A stretch of 63,749 nucleotides of DNA, the filler included, from Sluysia triapertura (Eukaryota): NCBI GenBank assembly GCA_046118255.1. It is 5 parts of 5 records of this genome, joined end to end, with 100 filler letters (N's around TTAATTAATTAA, not from the genome) between each part and the next. Parts side by side here need not be neighbours in the genome. Positions count along the whole stretch, not along the records: positions 39,113 to 52,627 come from JBJNIA010035374.1; 4 more parts are not named here. The stretch is one strand, 5' to 3'. Both the position numbers and the translations under genes were made by a program. Under the pieces are notes generated by a model. That model was given only the letters and a program-made list of their open reading frames with translations. It was not told where the DNA came from and did no database searches. Shown here piece after piece: positions 39,850-52,727 of the stretch (position 1 is the stretch's first letter; every line of letters starts with the position of its first letter).

Positions 39850-41039
39850 TTATATCCAAACTCCCGGTCCATTTGTAAGCATGCTATCGGCAACGTCAGT
39901 TTGCGAATTCTGAAATAAAAATAGTCAACATAAATTAATTTGATAGAAATATGGTTAAAAAATACCTTTAATAAAAAATTGTCAGAAAAAATGTTCGGTG
40001 TAATGTTATTAGGTAGATTCTTTTTAACTTTGGATTCAAATTCGCGAAATACAAATGTGTGACTATGTTCTAGAGTAAATTTTACTTCTTCCACATTCAA
40101 TGTTTCTAATACATATGTAACTTGTTTGTAAAATATAAAAAACAAATTAATTGAATTTTCAGTTTCATTTAAATTAGATTCTATCAAATTTTGATATATT
40201 ATTTTATACTGATCATGTAGGAAAAATAATACAGTGATATAAATCTTTTTAATTTTTTCAAACTGGGATTTAAACGCTGCGGTTTTGTATAATTTCAAAT
40301 AATTCAACACATAAAAAATTAAAAAGCTTTCTTTTATTTCTACATGATATCTATTCATATTACATAACGTAAAATGCTTTATACTACTAAAGTCATCAGG
40401 TGATTCAGAATTTAGTAATGAGAAAAGCTTTACTAATAAATGAGACTCTCGAAAGGTTTTACTTAAGCATTCATTAAAATTATTACCTGATTTGATTTCT
40501 TTCGATCGTTCTAAATTCTGAAAACAGTTTTGTATTCTTCTATCCACTTTCTGTTTCATTCCAGTATGACATTTGCTGTTATACTCATTGTATGTAGTTT
40601 TAGTTTTAATTACATCAGATTTAAATGTTTTACCTTTTAAATAATTTAAATAACCTTTTAATGATATAGGCTGTTCTTCTTTTTCAATTTCAATATTAAT
40701 TCGAATTAATATTTTCTTATTGTTAGCAACAAAATCTTTGTCAAAAATTCCAGTTTCATAAGAATTACAATTCTGACGAAATACTCCATGCATAAAGATT
40801 GGAAATGATACCGTATTAATTGTTCTGCTAATATATAGCTTTAACGCGACTTCAAAATCATAGCGATGATTATGTACAGAAAGCTTCTTAAGGAATCTAA
40901 ACCATCGAATTAAATTACAATCTAAAATTTCTTCTGGTGCATTTTCGTAACTGATTTCATTAACATAAATTAACACATCTTGCGGTTCAAATACAAAGAA
41001 TCTACTAATTTTTGACATGTTTTCTGTTATCGTAGACAT
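39850..41039 (-). CDS. Orphan protein ~377 aa (exons 41039-39966, 39909-39850); tentative Mab-21/cGAS-like fold
   Basis: Long open frame in very AT-rich DNA. A 56-nt AAG|GTATTT...TTTCAG intron gives the C-terminus NSQTDVADSMLTNGPGVWI*. Family assignment rests on weak motif spacing only. Confidence 0.7.
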
Positions 41040-41194
41040 CTCGAGTAAGACAATTTTCGTTTATTTATTCTTTTTATTTATTTAATTAGTAAATTTTTGT
41101 TCCAATTAACTAATTTTTCACTCGTGTATTATTGTCCATTCTGAATCAGTTGTATGCAGCTAGCTTTTAAATAGTTAAAAACGGTATACCTAAT

Positions 41195-42279
41195 ATTGTA
41201 TTTACTTACTAGTATTAAAAAGGTGGATTATACTGATTGGATGTCAAATCCCAATAGATATAATTGCAGAGATGAGATGTACTTGATTGGACATCCAATC
41301 AATTGCATACAACAGAAGCATGATTACATAATGCATACTGTCACCATACTTCTAAAGAGTTAAGATAATTAAATGGTGAAAAGTAAAGATAACAGCAACA
41401 TTAACTCAGAAACTGTCATCAATCGACAGTTTGTACGAAACAGTAAATTAATTTAATTAGATTCCTGTAGATTGATTGCAGAGTGCATAGATAAAATGTA
41501 ATTAAAAATAATGGCAAAATAATGACATCAACGATAATTTTAATAATAATAATAAAATTATGTAGGATATTTGTGATAATTTTAAATGCATAAACTTTTG
41601 TCTCTAAATACATGAGCTTTCTTGTAACATTAATCTACTTTCTTAATATAAATAAATAAAATTCTTTTCCTTTTGAGTTTCTATTGTTTAATTTAATTGT
41701 ATGATCTTGAATTAGAATGTTAAAGAATGTTTGTTGAAAGATTGTGAGCTTGAAATGTTTTGGATTGATTTGAAGGTGTCATTTGTGATTTTGGATGTAA
41801 TTGTGATTTAGTGTTATTAGATAATGCGTAAAATGTTTTAGCTGAGTTATAAAATGTGGATTGATGGTTTTAACTGAAGGTAAAGTTTGGATGTTGGAAA
41901 CTTGTGGATTAAAATGTTTTGAGATATGAAAAATTATTTTAGTGAATCTGAGAGAAATACATTTTAAAAGGTAGTTGTGGAATGTTAACAAATATACTTA
42001 TGATTGTACTGTTATAGAACTATGAATAAAATGTTTCTAATGAATTTTTAAATGTACGTTGTTAATCTGAAAATGAAGGTAATTTTAATGATATAAAGTT
42101 ATGAATTAGAAATGTTTTGAGAAGGTAAGAATAAGGTTTGCAATATTTTGAATTAATTTTTGATGATTTTTGTTATAGAATGTGACTTTGATGTTATGAA
42201 ATTCGTGTCTACAATGTTTAAAGTTATTGAGTTGTGAAATATTGGAATAAAACTTCGAATTATTGGGTTGGCCACCACA
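41195..42279 (-). mobile_element. Family A LTR-like repeat, copy C
   Basis: GGGTTGGCCACCACA end; block 41805-41880 aligns with the reverse complement of 46830-46905; ATTGG-ACAT-CCAAT at 41286-41299. Left boundary approximate. Confidence 0.6.
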
Positions 42280-42904
42280 ACAATGATATCACCAGCACAC
42301 ATCAAATCATATTCAGTACCAACCACCACACGACACACCCATAAAACATGCAACATTCTGTGCTAAATAAAATTCATAAATAAAGCAAACGTTTTAGTGT
42401 TTCAAAATTTGACACATAGTCCTTTACACGGTTCAAAAAATTTAAAATTAAATAATGAAATTTGGTTCCTTTTGATCATAAGTAGTTATCCAGTGGTCTT
42501 AAACACGTAATAAGGTTCTAGATATTCATAAATGCACAAAGGTACTTTAGACTCAAGGATCTCAAAATGTTATAAAGGTCTTTGGAAACTCTAATTTATG
42601 GCATTTCTATTATTAAAATTATAATAGATATTTTCATCAACATTCCTTTTTCAATATTGTTTTATTGTGTCTTCTACTACCATCCACATAAAGCCCGTGC
42701 ATCTGTTCAATTCTAGATCCACTTCACTCTTTTTGAATATAACTATTGTGCGATACTAACAATAATGCCACACACATCGAATGCAGAGGTTACTATTATC
42801 TTAGATCGTTAGTGAATTTAGTCAATAAATGATAATTGATGTCTTATATAGAAAAATATAGGAATTTTACAAATATTGCTGATGAATTTATATACATTTC
42901 GTAA

Positions 42905-43600
42905 TATCAGGTTGGTGCATAAATTCATGCGGTTTTATTTGTTGAAAATAAAACATACCAACTTCTTGTTTTAAATAACTGATTTGAGTTATACATTCAT
43001 TCAGCTGAATTATCTATTTAAATCATTTTAGACTAACTTTCACTTTCATTATCCTCATTAAAATGGATTGTCAAGTAGATAAAAAAGAACATTTCCGGCA
43101 TCTACACCTTTTTTATTTTAATCAACATATAGACGCTGCAAAAGCCACCAGAATGATTTGTTGCAGCTATAGAGAAAAGGCAGTGAGTGAACGAACAGCA
43201 CAAGTGGTTTTTGAAATTTTACTTAAATGATACACCTCGGTCAAGCTGACCTAGTCACTTTGATGAAGACACATGATGATCAGCGTCATGATCGTTTGGA
43301 CAAGCCACGGATTGTGATCGCACCACTATTTCTCGATATCTCAAGAAAATTAGAAAAGTTTTTCCCCATCACCAGACTTAGCCCCAACAGATTTTCATCT
43401 TTTCCGCTCCATGTCGAACCATCGTTCTTGTCTCACATTTGAAAACGAAGAAATAACAACGTGGATTGACGAGCTGTCAGAACGATTGTGGCGGAGAATA
43501 TCTCATCGGTTGAGACTGAGATATTTGTTTTTTCTAATGATTTAATAAATTCATTTTGTAATCTGGAAATTTTTGCATGGTTTTTATTATTTATCAGTAT
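42905..43600 (+). mobile_element. Internally deleted mariner element (cecropia/Hsmar1-like)
   Basis: TA-TCAGGTTGGTGCATAA TIR; transposase start MDCQVDKKEHFRHL at 43063; SPDLAPTDFHLFRS motif near 43370-43410. Right TIR degenerate. Confidence 0.85.
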
Positions 43601-44625
43601 ACATTTTCATAATTGTAAAAAACCACACCAACCCATTATTTTTACGATACAAAAACTACTTATTAAAAGCCATCACATAATTAAAATGAAAACACATATT
43701 GATCACAGTTATTACTCATTTATTTATATAAAATAGTAAAGAAAATATTAATAATTATGAAAATTTATCTACTCACAAATGTAAGAAATATATTTTTCAT
43801 TCAGTTAAATAAAACCCCATTATTCAGAAAGCCCATAATTCATTACCATTAATTATTTAAAACAGTTTATTTATAAAATAATTTGATTCCAATATGTGCA
43901 TTTGATTAGTAAACTATGTAAAGATCATTTTAAAATCATAAAACAAACTTTTTATTTAATTTAGTTGCTTATTTAAAATAACATTACGAAATTGAAAAAA
44001 GCAGAAATATATATAGAATTCCATATAAATTTAATTACTTTCTATTTTCGTATTAGTAAAAATAGATACGTTGCGTTATTTGATCAATCACACCTTATTT
44101 ATCATTATTATTATTTATTTGCATAAGTACATTGTTCGATTGTGTGTCTTAGTTATTGTGAAGCCTGTTTTGTGTTGAAAGATACAGTTCAATGAATACA
44201 TTCATTTATTTCTGTGTTCAAACGAGTAAAAAGAAGACTATTTCGAAACACTTCTCAGAGAAAGCATTAGAAAGTAAATTATGGAAAGAATAGAAGAAAT
44301 ATTGTTTAAATTTTATTGCAATTCAAATTCTAAATTGTTTCTGATAAGTTGTTACGATTGGCTGATTGAAGAACCAATAAAAAAAGCAAAATACATCGCG
44401 ATTCTGAAAGACTTCATTGTTACATCTTTGCAATCCAAATACAGTGATAATCAACCCAGTAATCCAATTGTATCTGCATACCATTTTTAGAATGTTTTAA
44501 AGTGTCGATAAGCATGATTAAATTAGAAATCGTACATTATGTTTCATTGATGAAATATTGGAAAGGAAAATAACAAAGTATCAACTAAAAAATAAAACAG
44601 TTAACAATATAAATCTGGACCATCA

Positions 44626-44996
44626 TCAACTTGTCGTATTGACCATGTAGCCTCCCATTTCATAGTTCAAAGGTAGTGGACCCAGAACGCGCTTCCTCAT
44701 CATTGGAGTACCGTTAATCCAAACATGCTGTTGCTGTTGTTGCTGCTGCTGCTGCTGCTTGTGTAGAAGAATACCAGGCTCTGCAGTAGTGGATCCGTCA
44801 TACAATGCATGGTATCCTTCATCTATATCATCTGGATCGTCGTCGTAATTGTAAAATTGTTGTCTATTAATTGACCAATGATTGAGTGGCATCCCAATGT
44901 CAGTTAATGCGGGTGGAATAGATTGTTGATTAAACGGTCCAATTGAATGTCGATATAAACCATTCGATAGAAGCTGATTGGACCAAATAAATTCAT
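44626..44996 (-). CDS. Terminal exon of an orphan poly-Q protein with an RKR site (possible secreted or pro-peptide precursor)
   Basis: Open frame from an AG acceptor at 44997-44998 to the stop at 44626, with higher GC and a Q10 tract. Upstream exon model is uncertain. Confidence 0.45.
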
Positions 44997-46125
44997 CTAT
45001 ATGAAATAATTAAACGATATTAAATTCTACTGGATAATTTTCATCCAATAATATTAATAATTTTAATGGATTTAGAAGCAAGCCTAGAAAATTCAGTAAA
45101 AAATAAGAGTACTTACGCAGTTATATTTAATAACAATATTCAGAACAACGTCATAATTAAAAGTTATTTTCCAATTGTTTAATAACTGTTTTCGACATAT
45201 TTATGATCATTGGTCGTATTCACAATTTATTTCTAACTTGCTATAGTTTGTCTTGCATACTCAACCAAAACCGAACGTTAGCTTTATTGATATAAGTATC
45301 TATTTGAGAGTAGAATTGAAATATACGTAATATTTTATTGTTAAAATTGTAAAAGACAACTTTCACTTTTATGGTTTTAACTTTTGACAATTTTTTCATC
45401 TCGATTTAAATGAGACAATAAAATATCATTTTTTGTGCTAGTTTAAAAAAGGACTCAAATATATTATTTAAAATTAACCTGACTGAAGCTAGAAATCAAA
45501 TTTATTACAGATAAATATCTAAAATAAGTACATTTTGAGTGCTCTAATTTACTCGACTATTCTAGAGCCACATTCTGTGTCAGACTCGGATCACAAACGA
45601 ACTCTTAAATTATTTTAAAACAATTGTGATTGTAGGTTTTCCATAGGAAAAAGAAATCATCGTCAGCAGTTACTTGATATTAATGTTTTTTCAGACTAAC
45701 TTCTACTCCGACCAATCGAATCACAATTACAGAGTATTAATTGGTTTCAAAATAGATTTTAGATAAGAATGAAGTATTATTGGTCAATCCTAACATCCAT
45801 AGTGAATTTATTAATATTGCGTGGTGACTCATCCCGCAACTCACAATTCATCATATATAAAAACATTCAATACAAAGTATTTACAATCTCAACCCATCAC
45901 AATTCTTAGAACTTTTCACGTTGCGCACCTTTTAAAGGTATTACACTATTCCAGCTCTCACACTTTAACACATTTATTTAATGCGTTCATTTCGGCTTTT
46001 CATTTTTTATTATTTCCAAAAGATATTCAAGACTTACATAATAAATATTCGATTATAAATTACTATCATCAGTGAATTCTATTTTTAATTTTATTAAAAT
46101 TTCAATTAAAATACTAACAACATTT

Positions 46126-46148
46126 ATAACAATAACAATAACAATAAC

Positions 46149-46192
<44 letters not shown>
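46126..46192 (+). repeat. (ACAATA)n/(ATA)n microsatellite
   Basis: Read directly. Confidence 0.9.
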
Positions 46193-46193
<1 letters not shown>

Positions 46194-46501
46194 TTTATTA
46201 ACAGGTTTTATAAGAACAGTTTTCTATTCAGTTTGTTCACTGGGATTAAATTAAAGATGACTCTAGCAATAAATAATAAAAAGAGTTCGCCTACTATTCT
46301 AGACTTACGAGTCACGTCTAGTCCGTATGATTTTAGAAAAGTCTGAATTAATTATATTAACGGAGGTCAATAAAAATTTTCTTTTATGTATTTATCAATA
46401 TGTGTTGGCTATAATAGCAGTACTTATTGAAAGTTAAGTTTGGGACGTAATGATATTTGATGACTAATTTTCCGCTTGGAAAAGAGATTAATATTAATGA
46501 T

Positions 46502-47391
46502 TGTGGTGACCAACCCAAATAATCAAAAATTTATTACAATAACACATAACAAGACCACTATTCAAAACATGTCACAACTATCAATACCCAGAACACAAAA
46601 TTACAATACACCAAATTCACAGTCAATACCGAAAATCATCAAAACTTTACTTAAAAAATTAATTCATAACAGAACAAATTTATTCCAACAAACTTATATA
46701 AAATCATTCCACGATACTTTAACTATTTTTCACCCAAAACTCTTATATTTTATTTATTCCAGATCCATTAAAATCAATTTTTATATCTCAAAACACTTAA
46801 GTTAATAAGCTTTCAACATTCTAACTGTATCTTCAGTTAAAACCATCAAATCACATTTAAAAATTCATTTAAAACATTTACTCATTATTTTTTAACATTA
46901 GAATCACAATTACATCTTAAAATTTTATCGAAAATGCGTAACACGAATTTAAAACACCGTAAGTCTACAACCTCTCAACATTGAGCTTTTTAGACTTTTA
47001 AAGATAATTAAGACTTAAATAAATAACATGTCTAGAAAAAAGAGGAGGTAAAAGAATGTTCATGTTAATAGGATATTAAAAAGATTTATGCCTTTTTTAC
47101 TTATTTATCAATGGATTGAGATTATTGTTGCTGTTATTATTATTATTTTACTAAAGTGCTTTATTGTAGTTGTAATTTATGGCAACCAATTTTAATTTAT
47201 TTTCTGCCATCGGTAGACAGATCGATTAAAGCCAAACCAACATTTCATGTTTGCTGTCTACCATGACAGATACTAATCAATATCATTTCTTAGCTGTGGC
47301 CTGATTGGACGCCCAGTTGGTGATAGTTAACCACATTTTGTTTTATTCACATTTAATTGGACGTCCAATCATGTCCAGTTTACACTTCACA
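46502..47391 (+). mobile_element. Family A LTR-like repeat, copy D
   Basis: TGTGGTGACCAACCC start; A/C-rich first half; ATTGG-ACGT-CCAAT at 47356-47369; candidate end TTCACA. Confidence 0.6.
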
Positions 47392-47800
47392 TTGTACGAT
47401 ATACTTTTTAGATAAGTGGCAGCTTAATTTAGAGAAACCAATAATTTTATTTAGAATCAATTAACATGAACCACGATCGTCATGAGTCTACTACATCTCT
47501 TAGCTTAGTTAATTATGATACTAAGATTTTTAATGAACTATTTGTTGTTTCATAAACGGTGTATGCTGAAATGGAATATTTTTCAAGAACAGCTCATGCG
47601 AAATACCTACCAGCTTTGTCGTTTTACGTTGAATGTAATAAATCAAAACATGAAGAAATGTTGTTTATGACGGATATGTTTATGTCAGCGTTAAACAATA
47701 ATATTAGTTACGATGATGTCATTAAAAATATGTAAAATCACATAACGAATCTCTCTTTAGTGATCTATCTAACTCAAATCTTAAGACTATATATAAAACA

Positions 47801-48734
47801 ATGTCATCCCTAATTTTTGTTTTGATATCAATTTTTACTAATCTTATGAATGCGAACGCATTTTTAGATTGCTTGGAACCAGAAAGACATGGTTTGAATT
47901 TAGAAGGAAGTCTAACTCAGGAGTACAGTAAATCGATGAACATAAGTCAAGTATTAACTGGAAATGTGAATACAATTGATCAAATAACAAAACTTAGTAT
48001 TTCTAACTTCTGTAGAATATTAGTTACACCTGATCAGATTTCTGTTATGCTTCAGGACACTAATCAGATTAAAGAAACCTTTTATCCTAATCAATATTTA
48101 GTGATTTGCGGTGTGGATAATGCGCTAAGTAATCGATTACTTGAGGATCCAGTGAGGGATTTGCGAATTCTATCAACAAAATTTAGTAGTAAAACGATGA
48201 AGAATAACAAAAAGAAATTTAAGCGAATGCGATTTTGTTTAACAGAATACTATTACCAGACAGGAAAAAAGTTCGGATTTCTGTTACATGATCAACAATT
48301 TGTTGATGCCAAATTAATTCGCGTTACGCCAAATGATGCTATAAAACGAAATAATTGCAGAACATCGAAGGTGTAGAACCGTCTATAGATAATTGTAATG
48401 TTAATATTCAACAATCTAGGACCCCGTTGATAATTTGAATTCAAGGCATCAGGATTCGGCTCTGAAGTCAAACTTAAATCAATATTACAAGACGACACAT
48501 TCTGGAGTTTGTCAAAAACATAGTGTTAATTGTCAATATTTACATTCTGTTCACGAGCTTAATGGATTGAAAACCAACTGGGCAGCCTACAACGGTCATA
48601 GTAATCATATAAAAGCTTTACTCAAATCTTTAGATAGTTTTATTTTGTCACAATCATCACCAACAGCGTCGTTACAAGTACTACAATCTGAAGAAACTAC
48701 ATCAGTTAAAATTAAAATCATTATGATAACTTGA
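47801..48734 (+). CDS. Orphan secreted protein ~294 aa (exons 47801-48370, 48420-48734; 3' end may splice further)
   Basis: Signal-peptide-like MSSLIFVLISIFTNLMNANA. A 49-nt GT-AG intron (48371-48419) joins ORF 47801 in frame to ORF 48435. TATATATAAAA lies just upstream. Confidence 0.7.
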
Positions 48735-50075
48735 TTTTATATTTTATTCACTAACCGAAACATGGCCTGGCATGACGCATATAGAAAAATCAACTAACAT
48801 TAACAAATTTCGTAATATCAATAAATTTAGGCTTTTAATAATGTTCCTTTTTAATTTTTTAAACGATAAAATGTTTTTTAAATACATAATAAAAAAGATA
48901 ATATTTATAAGTATAATGTGGTCTTAATAACAATCTTTAAAAAAATTAATTTAATTTTTCAAATAATCGATTTTAGTGTAATAATCTTAAATAATTATAA
49001 ATGTATTTTATTTGTAATACCATCACAATGATTTTATATTCAATCCTATTTAAACAGGATCTACTGAAATAAATATTTTTCCACCAACTAATTTTACAAG
49101 TACAAACTCTATAAACTTGTAGCTAGAAAGGAGATGAGATACATTGCTAGACCCAAGTCAATCGGCCCTGTAGACTTAAATTAAATATGTAAACAAATTT
49201 TGATTCATTTATAAAATTTACAAATATCTAACAACTATTTTTATCAGTTTAAAATTATCGACGAACAACCAAAAATTATAAAGGAAATTAAAAACAGATA
49301 ATGAATTATACAAAAGATGAAAGTTAATAACAACAATATGACTTTTTAATAATCGAACTATTTATTATTAGAAATTATTTTAAGACAATTAAATGACTGC
49401 TAAAATTATTATTGATTGCTATTGTGTAAATCTATTCAGATAATATTATATGCTATTGTTAAAATCAAATTATTAAACATTATAGAAATTAAGAGATCAA
49501 GATAAACCATAAAATTCAATAAATTTCTATCTCTTCCAAAAAAACTATAAAAACACTACCAAAAGGATTTAAAAAATAAGATGAAATTTGCTAATCAATG
49601 AGTGTCGAAAAATTTATAGTGGATATTTTCGTGGCATCAAGTTTCTAAATAATACAGCCATTATTAATTCATCATAATCAGTGAGGTCTTCGTGAATTGT
49701 GATTACATCTAACACTAATCTGCGAATAACATTACGTGGATACGGTTTAAAAAAACAAAGAAATCTTATTCAATTGTTAGTAAATTTTGATATGAATAAT
49801 AAATCATTAAATTAAAAATCAAGTATCAAGTATTAAACAAGTTAAAATAAATATAATATAATTATCTCTCGTTAATAACTACCGAGATTGTTATTGGAAT
49901 ACATTTTGTTTAATAGAAGAGTATAAGGAACTAAAATAAAGTTGGAAAATTAAGGTTATACAAACAACATAAAACTATATAAAGTTGAAACTGTATAAGT
50001 TAAACAAATAACTCAAAGAAGTTATAAAATCAAGCGAGTTAAATAAGAATCGAAATAAAGTTTTTATCAAGTAAG

Positions 50076-50975
50076 TGTTGGGATTGCCCAGTTATTGTAT
50101 AAAAATAAGTTAAAAGGTAAGAGAATTTAAAATATAAACAGTGATATAAAATATCTGAAACAAAATTTAAATATAATTAAATATTTCCAGAACTAGACTA
50201 ATGAGCGGTAAAATGTTTATGATCATTTAGAAACCGAAGAATACCTTGGAGTTCCAAAGACCTTTGATGATATTGAAACACTTATGAAAACTTAAGTAAG
50301 GTTTGGAAAGATGTCTTAAGGTATGAAGATACCTTTGAACATCTGAACCTTGGGATCATCTGAGACCTTGTTGATCTTTTGGAAACCTTGAAGACGTTTG
50401 AGACCTTCGATAAATTTAATACATTAATAATTGAAATAAAAGATAAAGGCGAAAACAACTAGAGCCTCCTGAGTACCTTATAAAGTATTTAACAACTTTA
50501 TAACCATAATAAAACATTTAAACTTAGAATAAAATAAGTTAAAATAATTAATTATTTAATTAAAATCTTAATTAACTTAATTAAGAAAAATTACGTTTGT
50601 GTAAATAACTTTTGAATGAGGAATGCTATGTTAAAACTGTAATTGTGTATGTATGTGTTTTAAAGAGACCCTTAGATGAAGATAAGGTTTGACTGAGTTC
50701 ATCCTAGGAAAGCCTCAATATTGAACAAAATTGAATTTTAATTAATTAATTAAAAATGCTGAAATTTTCATATTTAGAATGATGAAGACATTATGAATTA
50801 GGTATGGAGTGATTTCTATGAAATATGAGAATCCGAAATGAGGTTGAAATGTTTGTGAAATGGTTCGTTTGGGAATGAGAACCTTAAACATTTTCATTAA
50901 AAATTGAGTATGAGGAATTAAAAATTAATTATACTGTAAAAACTAACGTTAAATTCATTATTTTTAAGTATGTCA
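50076..50975 (+). mobile_element. Apparently full-length ~900-bp family B LTR-like repeat (TG...CA)
   Basis: 5' half matches the copies ending at 23889 and 39553; 3' half matches 31696-32042. No TSD evident. Confidence 0.7.
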
Positions 50976-52268
50976 ATAATAATTGTTATTTTAATGTAAG
51001 AAGTGATTCATAAAAAATTAGATCGAGTAGAGTATAAGAAAAAAAATGAGAGTTGATTGTTTTGTTTTGCTTGACAGGTCGAACCACGTAATTGCCAAAG
51101 TCGTTTTAGTTGGTTTAATCTTTAAAAGAGTTTTTGATGATTTGTGTAAGAGTACTTCCTGATTGTGAATGTAGAAATGATTGGATGACATAAAAGTACA
51201 AAATACGCATTTTTATACACTCAAAAAAGGAACAACATTCACAAGAGACCACAAAAAAGATCCATATTTTTGGTAAAGTTTTTGAATTTTTGTTTCGAAG
51301 AAATATTAATTTTAATAAGGTTATTTGGCGATAATACTTTAAATTTTATTTTAAATAATTATTGATTTATTTATTTTATTTTTGAGATTCGCCCTCTGAT
51401 ATTCATTTGACATATTTGTAAACAATTTTGTTATCTTTTGGGGATTCCTTATGATTTAATCTAGGTAAGTAATATATTTTTTTAGGAATACCCATTTGAA
51501 GTAACTTTGTATTATACGATTGTAAATTCACATTTTTAGAGTCTATTTTTTTAAGTTGTAAGTAGAGTAAGATTAAGTTACGCAAAATTGCTATTTATAA
51601 TTATTATAGAATTAAATTGTATTTGGTAATTGTTAAAAATTTTATATTGTGGATAATTGTGATTTTGTATAATATTTTATTTATATTAAAATGTTAGTTA
51701 TTTTGACTTTCATTATTTGATCTATATTAATAAAAAATGATACATTATTGCAGTAAGAATTTTTAAGAATTGCAATTACTATTAATAATATTTTTATGAC
51801 ATTTGATATAAGACACAACATAAGACAAAAGTTTTCATGAGTGAAAAATTGTACCTAGAGTGAAATTAAATCTAAGATAAATAGAATTTGTAAAACTTCA
51901 AACAGTAAAGTGCTTGTACTTCCATCTCGAACAACTGAGACGGATGTACGATTTCACATCTTCAGTACAGCTTTCGAAGAAGTGCATTACATTAATATAG
52001 AGCATAGATATCATCTTGCAAAATAAATTAGTAAAAGAAGTTTACGTCAATAATAATTATTATTTAGCCTTTGCCATTGCTTTATCAGTGGTGTTTTTAG
52101 TTTCCAGCGAATGTATTTTCACGAGTACAAATTCAACTTGAACAATATTCGAGCTCGTATCTTCTTTTGAGTTCCAAGTTATATAAAAAATACAATTAAA
52201 TTTTCAATAAAACCCACTCGATTTTTTATCAATTCACTCGAAATAATAACACTTACCTTTCTAGACCA

Positions 52269-52627
52269 TGTAGTGGCCAACCCCATAACTTAAGCTTAAA
52301 ATATAACTTCATTAAAACAATTTCATCAAAATAAAATTTATCACAACCATACTCCGCAACTACAACCACCACACAATTCATCACATAAAACAACAATACA
52401 CAATCATAATACTTCTCCAACTCACATTCACCAACGAAACAATCTATATCTCAAACATTCACAACTCAATAAACCACTACATTCACTCCAAACAATTCAT
52501 AACATCCATTTATCAAACACTTCACAAATAAGTCAGAACCATATCACAATTTTCACAAATCACAGATACAATAACATTCAAATGTTCCTATTAACTATTT
52601 CAGAAACAAAGATCATCTCACCTAAAA
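52269..52627 (+). mobile_element. Family A LTR-like repeat start, truncated by contig end
   Basis: TGTAGTGGCCAACCCC followed by strongly A/C-skewed sequence. Confidence 0.6.
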
Positions 52628-52727
52628 NNNNNNNNNNNNNNNNNNNNNNNNNNNNNNNNNNNNNNNNNNNNTTAATTAATTAANNNNNNNNNNNNNNNNN
52701 NNNNNNNNNNNNNNNNNNNNNNNNNNN
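52628..52727. other. Artificial contig linker
   Basis: N44-TTAATTAATTAA-N44. Confidence 0.97.

Noticed and set aside
44626-45154. Genome-wide TGA=Trp genetic code
   Set aside because: ANKLE2 and astacin use TGG for Trp with no internal TGA, and the ANKLE2 frame ends at TGA.
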